Source: a virus (taxonomy: Duplodnaviria > Caudoviricetes). From it: a DNA stretch of 64,000 bases. The translations under genes and the position numbers were made by a program. The stretch covers positions 11,154-75,153 of IMG/VR virus record IMGVR_UViG_3300044652_000022. One strand, 5' to 3'. The notes under the pieces were generated by a model, which had not been told where the DNA came from, ran no database searches, and saw only the letters and a program-made list of their open reading frames with translations. Position 1 is the stretch's first letter. Every line of letters begins with the position of its first letter. Positions 17,120-24,014 of this stretch are shown here, one piece after another.

Positions 17120-17306
17120 CGAGCTTACCCAGGCGTTGCGGTTGCTGGGTGTGGAGGACAATCCCATCACGCTGATTGACGAGGATGGGATGGAGTGGAC
17201 GCTGGATCTTGGGAACAGAATGCCAGGTCCGCTTTTTCGAATGGGCTCGGTTTACCTGTCCATTCGACCGTACACGAACATGGACGCGGCGGCGGAGGGC
17301 GAGTAG
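17097..17306 (+). CDS. hypothetical protein
   Basis: 69 aa, MKVRVTANEL...PITLI. Confidence 0.6.
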   Translation: MKVRVTANELTQALRLLGVEDNPITLIDEDGMEWTLDLGNRMPGPLFRMGSVYLSIRPYTNMDAAAEGE

Positions 17307-17374
17307 TTCTGATACGCTTGAAACGAAACCGGCAGAATAGCCGGTCAACCTTAAAACGAAGAACGGGAGAAACG

Positions 17375-17836
17375 ATGGCCCAAAAACAAGACCCAATCTA
17401 CAACCTCATCTCATTGCCAGGTCTGGAACAGGCGTGCGAAAGCCTCATCAGGCAAATGAATGCGATTCGCCGCGCCGTGGGACAACCTGAAACGTACTAC
17501 CTGGGCAGAGACGGACAGAAAAAGCCCAAACTGCTCGCACCTCCCGAAGTCGAGGTGCCTGCCCAGCAGCCTGACAATGCTCAGGTGAAAATCGAAATCG
17601 TCAAGCCCGACTTCGTGCTGCCCGACGCCCCACCGCCTCAAGTCGAGGGACAGGCTTCGGAAACGGAGATTCTGAACTACGCCAAGGAGAACGGCGGACT
17701 GTTCAATAAATTCCACTTCAAGGACAAAAACCCTTCCGCCAAGGTTCAGCGTCTCGGTGCGATGGTGCGTCACGGCTTGCTGAAGAAAACGCGCGACGTG
17801 GGCGTCTATCGTATGACAGCAGCGGCCCGCCGTTAG
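17375..17836 (+). CDS. hypothetical protein with C-terminal wHTH-like region
   Basis: GGGAG RBS; LGAMVRHGLLKKTRDVGVYRMT wing-like ending. Confidence 0.6.
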   Translation: MAQKQDPIYNLISLPGLEQACESLIRQMNAIRRAVGQPETYYLGRDGQKKPKLLAPPEVEVPAQQPDNAQVKIEIVKPDFVLPDAPPPQVEGQASETEILNYAKENGGLFNKFHFKDKNPSAKVQRLGAMVRHGLLKKTRDVGVYRMTAAARR

Positions 17837-17854
17837 AAAAAGAAATCCAGCCCT

Positions 17855-17886
17855 AAAGGTGGGGGAGTTTGTCGAGCCCCCACTTT
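17855..17886. terminator. possibly bidirectional terminator
   Basis: AAAGGTGGGGG...CCCCCACTTT stem with A/T flanks. Confidence 0.65.
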
Positions 17887-17915
17887 CCTACCTCTCCCGT
17901 TTTAGAACGCAATAT

Positions 17916-17934
17916 AGCCAGAGCAGACGCGAGC
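17916..17934 (+). repeat. dispersed motif B copy 2
   Basis: AGCCAGAGCAGACGCGAGC. Confidence 0.7.
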
Positions 17935-17949
17935 AGCGCCCTCTGCAAA

Positions 17950-17978
17950 ACTCTAGCCGAACTATAGGAATGGTTTAA
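17950..17978 (-). promoter_or_regulatory. leftward promoter-like element with CCTATAGTT box
   Basis: minus strand reads TTAAAC-cattCCTATAGTTcggc-TAGAGT, same 4+10+3 geometry as P2. Confidence 0.5.
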
Positions 17979-17988
17979 CGTTCGCGAG

Positions 17989-18016
17989 TTGACAAAGTGC
18001 AGAGTTTCGCTACAAT
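17989..18016 (+). promoter_or_regulatory. sigma70-type promoter (no CTATAG box)
   Basis: TTGACA-N16-TACAAT. Confidence 0.65.
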
Positions 18017-18186
18017 TTTTTGCACACCGAGGGGCTCAATTCCCTGTCAAATTGCCCTGGCAATCGCTCCTCGTTTTCTCCAGGCCCGCTGTTGTCTTGA
18101 GCGGGAAAGCCTCGGCTATTTTTTCACCATTTTGATCCCGGTTCGGAGGCACGACTGGATCGGGCCCATTCGCCTGGGAGGAATTC

Positions 18187-18534
18187 GTGATTTTACCAAA
18201 GGAACGCACGTTACACTACCTGCGGATTCATGGCGCCAAAAACGTAGTAGTTCGGCTCGCCTCGGGCTCCCCTATGCAAGTAAATCCGGACGATCTCGAA
18301 CTGCTGATCCGACAGGATCTTGCCTACGGCGTCGGCAACCGTCGGCGTCTAAGCTACATCAAGCTTCGCTTTGAAAATCGAGTTTCCCACCTGAGGGCCC
18401 TGAAGGTTTACCGACCGTATCATTCATTGCGCGCTGAGGACAGCAAGACCTGGCAACAGGTTGGAACGAGCTTCGAACATCACCACCAGCATTGCGAGGC
18501 GTTTAGTCCCAGCAACCGCACCACCTTCACCTGA
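18187..18534 (+). CDS. hypothetical protein, paralogue B1
   Basis: GGAGG + GTG; end-to-end similar to 18827 protein. Confidence 0.7.
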   Translation: MILPKERTLHYLRIHGAKNVVVRLASGSPMQVNPDDLELLIRQDLAYGVGNRRRLSYIKLRFENRVSHLRALKVYRPYHSLRAEDSKTWQQVGTSFEHHHQHCEAFSPSNRTTFT

Positions 18535-18543
18535 CAACCGCGC

Positions 18544-18577
18544 GGCGCCGTTCAGTTTTGAGCGGCTCCGCTTTTTT
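18544..18577 (+). terminator. rho-independent terminator
   Basis: CCGTTCA/TGAGCGG stem then T6. Confidence 0.55.
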
Positions 18578-18664
18578 CGCGCGACACCCATGGCAGTACA
18601 CGTCGAGGTGCTGTCTGCCGCAAGTCCTTGAAATGTTAGGATTTTGACGGTATGCAAATATTGG

Positions 18665-18694
18665 TTGACAGCACCTCGAAAATGTCCCTAAAAT
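18665..18694 (+). promoter_or_regulatory. sigma70-type promoter (no CTATAG box)
   Basis: TTGACA-N18-TAAAAT. Confidence 0.6.
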
Positions 18695-18826
18695 TCCTGA
18701 TGTAAGCGGCGTCTCTCGAATTTCACTGTCCTGGCTTTGAAATTCCACCTCCTGCTCCCAGGCTGTTGCGAACCGATCCGTCCCGAAGTACACCACAATC
18801 AACAGCCTGAGAGTAGGGCGCGTGGA

Positions 18827-19180
18827 ATGATTCTCCCCAGAGAAAAAACACTTCATTACCTGCGGTACTGGCGCGGCGACAACCCACCAACGGTGCGCAC
18901 GCCAGACGGAAAGCCGATCCCGTTCCCGCAGGATGACCTGCCTGCCTTGATTCAAGAGGGACTGGCGGTGGGGGTAGGCAACGAGCGCAAGCTCTCCTAC
19001 GTCCTGCTGAAGTTCTTCTCCCGCATATCCCACCATCTTTCGCAGCCGCGAAACCGCCCGCTACCTTCCTACTCGTCCGAAGCCAGCCGCACGTGGCTGG
19101 AATGGGCTCCCGGGCAATACGAGCCGCACCCGTACCACTGCGCGGCGTTCTCACCGGAAAATAAAGAAACCTTCGTCTAG
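18827..19180 (+). CDS. hypothetical protein, paralogue B2
   Basis: MILPREKTLHYLR...HCAAFSPENKETF, 117 aa. Confidence 0.7.
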   Translation: MILPREKTLHYLRYWRGDNPPTVRTPDGKPIPFPQDDLPALIQEGLAVGVGNERKLSYVLLKFFSRISHHLSQPRNRPLPSYSSEASRTWLEWAPGQYEPHPYHCAAFSPENKETFV

Positions 19181-19196
19181 GAGCGATCTGGAAAAA

Positions 19197-19514
19197 ATGC
19201 GCAACGTCAACGACCACCAGGGCATCGCCAAGCAGCCGACCGTCACCGTGCTAGACGAACCCGCCGTCGGTGAGACGCTATCGCGCATCTACCAGTTCAA
19301 GCATAGTTCAGGCTCCAGCATTCTTCACTTCGCCGACCGCGACCACGAAGGCGTCACGAACGAATCGGTCCTGGCTGTCCTGATTGACAGGCTCCGCTCG
19401 GCTCAGGCTGGGCCCACAGGCTGTCGCGAGTACGCCATGGCCTTGCTGAAGATGGAAGAGGCGATGATGTGGCTGCACAGAAAATCGGCGCCTGTCGCAG
19501 CCCAAGCAAAATAG
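19197..19514 (+). CDS. Tad1/Acb2-like hairpin protein (putative signalling-nucleotide sponge, divergent)
   Basis: GVTNESVLAVLIDRLRSAQAGP..CREYAMALLKMEEAMMWLHR resembles the Tad1 core as recalled. Confidence 0.7.
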   Translation: MRNVNDHQGIAKQPTVTVLDEPAVGETLSRIYQFKHSSGSSILHFADRDHEGVTNESVLAVLIDRLRSAQAGPTGCREYAMALLKMEEAMMWLHRKSAPVAAQAK

Positions 19515-19545
19515 GAATCTGTATCATTTGGGCAGAGGGACAAGC

Positions 19546-19815
19546 ATGACAACTGCAACGAGCACTGCCAACCTCGTCCGCGAAATCGAGCACAAGCGAA
19601 ACGCGGCGGCGCTGCCACCCGACACCATTCTCCTTTTCAACACGGACATGCGGTACGAGCTATCGCATGACACCGAGCATGTATGGAAGGAGGAGCGCCG
19701 AGGGATCAAGCTCCAGGTCTTTTGCGGGATCCCGTTCGCCTTCGACATTTCGGTCCCTCGAGGCAAGGTGCGCGTGCTGTTTGGTTCCGAAGCCGTCACG
19801 GAGTGGACGTTATGA
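19546..19815 (+). CDS. hypothetical protein
   Basis: GAGGG RBS, 89 aa. Confidence 0.6.
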   Translation: MTTATSTANLVREIEHKRNAAALPPDTILLFNTDMRYELSHDTEHVWKEERRGIKLQVFCGIPFAFDISVPRGKVRVLFGSEAVTEWTL

Positions 19816-20009
19816 CACCAGCCGCCGATCCTAAAGACCACGAAGCGTTGCAAGAGTTGGTAGACGCCCTGGAGCCGATCATGGAGTTGTGGGGCGATTA
19901 TCAGAACCGGCAAGCGGTCGCGGAAAAATCCTGCCCGAAGGCGTGGGCGAAAGCGTTCCAGGCATACTACCGGGCAAAAAACCTGCTGAAGAAAACGGCC
20001 TACACGTAA
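19812..20009 (+). CDS. hypothetical protein
   Basis: ATGA overlap, 65 aa. Confidence 0.55.
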   Translation: MTPAADPKDHEALQELVDALEPIMELWGDYQNRQAVAEKSCPKAWAKAFQAYYRAKNLLKKTAYT

Positions 20010-20020
20010 AAATAAGCGCG

Positions 20021-20203
20021 ATGCCGTTCTGGGTCTATTGGGTGATCCCGGTCACGGTGTTCGGTCTTGGCTTTAGTCTGGGATGCTCGTTTGGGAAACG
20101 GACGATGTTGAACCTGATCGAAAAACACGTTATTCAGGGCGAGAGCGGACGCGACGCCGTAGCCTACGAGCGAGCCATCTTAGAAGGCAGGCGACTGTGG
20201 TAA
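20021..20203 (+). CDS. small membrane protein
   Basis: N-terminal hydrophobic segment, 60 aa. Confidence 0.55.
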   Translation: MPFWVYWVIPVTVFGLGFSLGCSFGKRTMLNLIEKHVIQGESGRDAVAYERAILEGRRLW

Positions 20204-20371
20204 CGAGTTCGGGCGCGCAATCCCAACGGTGCCAGACGGTCGGGGGATCGAATCTGGCACCGGCGAGCCCGGCGTTCCACATAATATACCTGATTAAACG
20301 TTTCTTTCATCATTGGGAACTGGCGAAGTGGCGCCGCGAGCGTTTCATCAGGTGGCACAGGGAGAATTGAA

Positions 20372-20743
20372 ATGGTCAACGCGCTACAGATCCTGAGAAC
20401 GATGCGGGACGAGCTTCGAGAGCTTCGCCAGCCGCTGCCCGTATGCGTCGGTCCAAATTGCGGCTGGTGCGAGGCAGAACAATTCGCCGCCGTGAAGCCT
20501 TTCTCCTTCCACATCCCTTTGGTGATGGCGCAGCGAGAGCAATTGGCGGACAGGATCATTCGCGACGCCGAAACGGTGTCGGTCTTGTCGGTGGAAGAGG
20601 AACGCGAAATCCGAAGGCGCGTCATGCGCGGCGAGTACGATTCGCTTTTAGAAAATCTGGACGGGGAGCGGCATTCAGAAGGGAATCAGCGAGGTGGCGG
20701 CGCTCCCTCAACGATTCCGGCTACAGGTCCCTCACAGCCATGA
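20372..20743 (+). CDS. hypothetical protein with C-x4-C-x2-C motif
   Basis: GGGAG RBS, 123 aa. Confidence 0.55.
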   Translation: MVNALQILRTMRDELRELRQPLPVCVGPNCGWCEAEQFAAVKPFSFHIPLVMAQREQLADRIIRDAETVSVLSVEEEREIRRRVMRGEYDSLLENLDGERHSEGNQRGGGAPSTIPATGPSQP

Positions 20744-20814
20744 GAACCTGAGCTAGTACTCAAAGGGGCCGTCGAGCAGGGACGCGGCAAGCCCTGCATA
20801 AAGGAAAAAACAAA

Positions 20815-21069
20815 ATGGATCTGCAATTTCCGCATTGTGACGCCAAGGTGTTGCATGCTCCAGGAGAGTGCGTTTACTGTGACAGGCGCCCCGAATGGCA
20901 GGAACTGCGCAAGGCGTGGGGTATCGCGTTCACCGGTCAGAAGAACGCGACCCGCAAGGCGTGGGTGGACGGCGAACTAAAAGACGTGCCTGCCTTGACG
21001 TGCCCCTCCGAAATCGACCGTCCGCTTGAAACCATCAACGCATGGCCGGGTAATCGCGCCTCCATATAG
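20815..21069 (+). CDS. hypothetical protein
   Basis: AAGGA RBS; HCD..LHAPGEC.YCD metal motif. Confidence 0.65.
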   Translation: MDLQFPHCDAKVLHAPGECVYCDRRPEWQELRKAWGIAFTGQKNATRKAWVDGELKDVPALTCPSEIDRPLETINAWPGNRASI

Positions 21070-21073
21070 GAAA

Positions 21074-21247
21074 ATGAAACCGCGCCCGAAGCCCACGGAT
21101 CTGTGCAACGAGCCGCGGTACCCAAATCATCGGACGGTGGTGTTCTCCATGCGGCGCCCGGATCTGACGATCCACAGAAAAACGTCCCGCTGTTCTATCG
21201 AATGCCCGCACGCGGTAACGGAGTGCGGCGAGTGGAAAAAGAAATGA
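21074..21247 (+). CDS. hypothetical protein
   Basis: AGGA RBS; 57 aa with Cys/His. Confidence 0.5.
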   Translation: MKPRPKPTDLCNEPRYPNHRTVVFSMRRPDLTIHRKTSRCSIECPHAVTECGEWKKK

Positions 21248-21612
21248 AATTCAATCGCAGAAAATTCTTGTCCGCAGTCGGGCTTGGATGGCTGGCGAAG
21301 GACGCGGTAGCGGCAAAGGAAGAACAACCCGGAGTCCATTCTGCGGAACTGCTAGTCGCTCCGGAACCTGCGCCGTCGTCAAGGGTCGGTCTCTACCTCT
21401 GGGACAAGGATCAGCAGTGGCGCAAGATCGGGGAGGTGGAAGGTCCTCCTCTCCCGCCCGACACGGTAACCCTGAATAAGACGGTCGCCTCTTATTTCGA
21501 GGGTTACAACCTGATCGAGGTGACGACGCACGAGGACACGGTCCCGAAATACATTCGGGTTCGGGATCCGCTTACGTTCGGGATCGAGTTCAAGGACGGC
21601 GGGAAGGTTTAG
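21244..21612 (+). CDS. protein with twin-arginine-like signal peptide
   Basis: MKFNRRKFLSAVGLGWLAKDAVAA. Confidence 0.6.
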   Translation: MKFNRRKFLSAVGLGWLAKDAVAAKEEQPGVHSAELLVAPEPAPSSRVGLYLWDKDQQWRKIGEVEGPPLPPDTVTLNKTVASYFEGYNLIEVTTHEDTVPKYIRVRDPLTFGIEFKDGGKV

Positions 21613-21638
21613 ACTATTAAAAAACAGGTTCAGGTTTT

Positions 21639-21983
21639 ATGCCCCAGGCCCCATACAAGCCGACGAAGGCAGATCGGCAGACGGTAAAAAATTTAGCGAT
21701 CCTCGGATTGAAGGAAGAGGAGATTGCGAAGTGTCTCGGCACTCAAGGGATCTCGGTCCCGACGATGCGGAAATACTACGAGTACGAACTCTACCGCTAC
21801 CCGAAGGAGATGTTCGGGAAGATCGCGCAGACGGCAGCACAGGCGGCAATGTCAGGGGACAAAACGATGATGATCTTCGTCCTCAAGTGTCGGGCTGGCT
21901 GGAAGGAATCGGACTCGGTGCAGTTGAACGGCAAGGTGGAGTTGGTGAAGCGAGTTGTCGGTGTTGACGAAAAGGATATCTGA
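21639..21983 (+). CDS. terS: terminase small subunit (probable)
   Basis: N-terminal HTH, A..GD..MMIFVLKCRAGWKE motif, position at start of morphogenesis genes. Confidence 0.7.
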   Translation: MPQAPYKPTKADRQTVKNLAILGLKEEEIAKCLGTQGISVPTMRKYYEYELYRYPKEMFGKIAQTAAQAAMSGDKTMMIFVLKCRAGWKESDSVQLNGKVELVKRVVGVDEKDI

Positions 21984-21989
21984 AACAGA

Positions 21990-22184
21990 ATGCCTCGCCG
22001 CCAGGACCAGGACCAGGACGACGATCCAACCCGCTATCCGCTGATCTTCAAAACGGAAGCGGAGGAGAGCTTGTGGTGTTCGATCATTACGCGGAATTGC
22101 GACCAGGAGGAGCATATCGTCCACATTATCGAAGCGGCGGACATGGCGGTCCTGGCGTTCCGGAAGCGGAAGAGGGTCAAATAA
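21990..22184 (+). CDS. hypothetical protein
   Basis: 64 aa. Confidence 0.5.
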   Translation: MPRRQDQDQDDDPTRYPLIFKTEAEESLWCSIITRNCDQEEHIVHIIEAADMAVLAFRKRKRVK

Positions 22185-22185
22185 A

Positions 22186-22506
22186 ATGACCATCGCTGCT
22201 CTCCTCGCCGCGGCTCGCAAAATCTGGGGGGCGGAGCGGATGACCTTGCCCGAGATCATCGTTTGTCTGAACGTGATCCTGGGCGATATCGCGCGGCTGC
22301 AACGAGACCGGGATCGGGAGCGGTCGCTTCCTGGAGTTTGGGACCGCGCGCTGAAAAAGGAACTCGGGAATCTGATCTTATCCACGATCCGCTGGTGCGA
22401 CGATTTAGACTTCAACCCCAACGAGTGCATTATCGAAGCGCAAAAGGCTCAGGCGGTGATGGCGGATCGGCTGCGGATCGAGCGGACAGGGAGGATTCAA
22501 GGATGA
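22186..22506 (+). CDS. MazG-like NTP pyrophosphohydrolase fold protein (degenerate)
   Basis: helical EII...GDIAR...KELGNLILSTIRWCDDLDF pattern. Confidence 0.55.
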   Translation: MTIAALLAAARKIWGAERMTLPEIIVCLNVILGDIARLQRDRDRERSLPGVWDRALKKELGNLILSTIRWCDDLDFNPNECIIEAQKAQAVMADRLRIERTGRIQG

Positions 22507-22793
22507 GTCTTTTCACTTCTCTATTGCTGGCGGACGCTTTCGAGAAAGGCGGTCCCGGTTCCGGCCAACTCCCAGGATCCGCATCCGCCGCTGCGGCTCG
22601 GGCTTCGGAACGGGCTATTGACAAGTCCTCGCATAAGCGAGCAGCAAAGCTGCACACCCGCGCCGCCACCGCTCATTTGCAGGCGGCGGTGCATGTTGGC
22701 GGAACACTGTCGGAAAAGGGACGCGAGCACCTTGCTGCGTACGATACCCACCACAATGCGGCGTTAGAGCATTGGCTGCGGGCGGGCAAATAA
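22503..22793 (+). CDS. His/Ala-rich leader-family protein C1
   Basis: MSLFTSLLLADAFEKGGPGSG leader. Confidence 0.75.
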   Translation: MSLFTSLLLADAFEKGGPGSGQLPGSASAAAARASERAIDKSSHKRAAKLHTRAATAHLQAAVHVGGTLSEKGREHLAAYDTHHNAALEHWLRAGK

Positions 22794-23297
22794 ATGATCT
22801 CCGTGACCATTCAGTTTAATTCCGCCGAGGAAATGCTCGAGGCGCTCCTCTCGCTGGCGGAGAACGCAGGAAAGTTTCAGGAACAGCTGGACCGCATCGA
22901 AGGCACCCTTGACAAGATCCTAGAAAACGAAAGGAATATTATGGCCAATGAACAGCAGATGCAGGATGCGTTGAACAAAATCGACCAGGCGACGACGCGC
23001 GCGGGTCAGAACCTCCAGACCCTGTCCACTACCACGCAGAAAATCAGCGACGAGGTGGACCAATTCATTTCGAAACTCCAAGACGCGAACGTTCCGCAGA
23101 ACCTCATCGACCAGGCTACCGGGTTGGCGGATCGTCTCCAGACCGTGTCCGACGGTTTGGACCAGCACGCCACCTTTCTTAGCGCAATCGCTTCGAAAGG
23201 AGCCAGCAATCCAGTCCCTGTCCCAGTCCCTCCCGCTCCCACCGACGGCGGAAGCCTCAGTCCCACTCCCGACACGGGTTCCGCTCCGACGCCGTAG
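22794..23297 (+). CDS. coiled-coil protein with Pro-rich tail (internal start MANEQQ possible)
   Basis: heptads; AAGGA before internal ATG. Confidence 0.7.
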   Translation: MISVTIQFNSAEEMLEALLSLAENAGKFQEQLDRIEGTLDKILENERNIMANEQQMQDALNKIDQATTRAGQNLQTLSTTTQKISDEVDQFISKLQDANVPQNLIDQATGLADRLQTVSDGLDQHATFLSAIASKGASNPVPVPVPPAPTDGGSLSPTPDTGSAPTP

Positions 23298-23314
23298 CGC
23301 GGCGGCGGCTAAAG

Positions 23315-23447
23315 CTCTTCTAGCGTTCCTCCGCAGGCTCCTCGGGCGTTAGAAGGGGAAAGGGCTGCGCGTAGCGGATGCGAGGCCGACAATGGTGCGC
23401 CGGTCTCGACCACTCAACGTCATGAGGTCGTCTGTTACCGCAGCCCT
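23315..23447 (+). ncRNA. candidate three-way-junction RNA
   Basis: 17-bp closing helix plus two branch helices and an upstream hairpin in a gene-free gap. Confidence 0.5.
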
Positions 23448-23463
23448 GACCTAGATTCCGCCA

Positions 23464-23727
23464 ATGTCCTCGCCGGCTCCGCATCCCAGGGTCAAGATTA
23501 CCTTTCATTCCGCTGGCGCCTCGACTGGCGGATATTCGTTTCCTGCGGCGCCCGAATCTGCGCATTTCGATCTTCCCGAGGATCTGACGTTCGAAGGCTT
23601 CTGTTCTAAGATCATGTCGGAAGGATTCCTGTTGTCAGGCGACGGCATCCCGAACCGGTACCGCCACCGTCCGCATATCAAGCGTTACGTTCCGCCGTAC
23701 GCGGTCATCCGCATCGAGGAAGCATGA
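23464..23727 (+). CDS. hypothetical protein
   Basis: 87 aa; no clear RBS. Confidence 0.45.
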   Translation: MSSPAPHPRVKITFHSAGASTGGYSFPAAPESAHFDLPEDLTFEGFCSKIMSEGFLLSGDGIPNRYRHRPHIKRYVPPYAVIRIEEA

Positions 23728-23786
23728 CCGCTTATTATGCCCCCCAAGGTCTTGTGCTGACCCGTCCGCAAGCGGCGAGCGAGGCC

Positions 23787-23805
23787 AAAGGGGGCCACCC
23801 CTTTT
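23787..23805. terminator. short hairpin terminator
   Basis: AAAGGGG-GCCA-CCCCTTTT. Confidence 0.55.
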
Positions 23806-23911
23806 CATGACGCACCCAAGCTGGATCGTTCCGGCCTCGCAGCCGCAGGGACGCATGGTGATTCGTTTTTATCGGACGCCCACCGGGTTCAAACCCATCC
23901 TCGTCCACTCC

Positions 23912-23987
23912 TGGGGCATAGCTCAAGCGGCAGAGCGCCGGACCTTGATTCCGGAGGTTGCAGGTTCGAAGCCTGCTGCCCCAGCCA
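23912..23987 (+). tRNA. tRNA-Gln (UUG)
   Basis: 76-nt cloverleaf, U1-A72 acceptor, GCTC/GAGC D-stem, CCGGA/TCCGG anticodon stem with TTG, TTCGA T-loop, encoded CCA. Confidence 0.93.
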
Positions 23988-24014
23988 GAAAAAAATCCTT
24001 CAGGTAACCCTCCC

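Noticed and set aside
6841-23447. Hammerhead or other known self-cleaving ribozyme in the structured gaps at 6841 and 23361
   Set aside because: No CUGANGA/GAAA core in the required positions; junction linkers too short
23912-23987. tRNA as attP/attL marking a prophage boundary
   Set aside because: No integrase, no duplicated tRNA 3' end, and phage genes continue on both sides
23958-24014. TerL start at 23958 as given by the ORF track
   Set aside because: Would overlap the 3' half of tRNA-Gln; a downstream GTG (24015) or later start is more plausible
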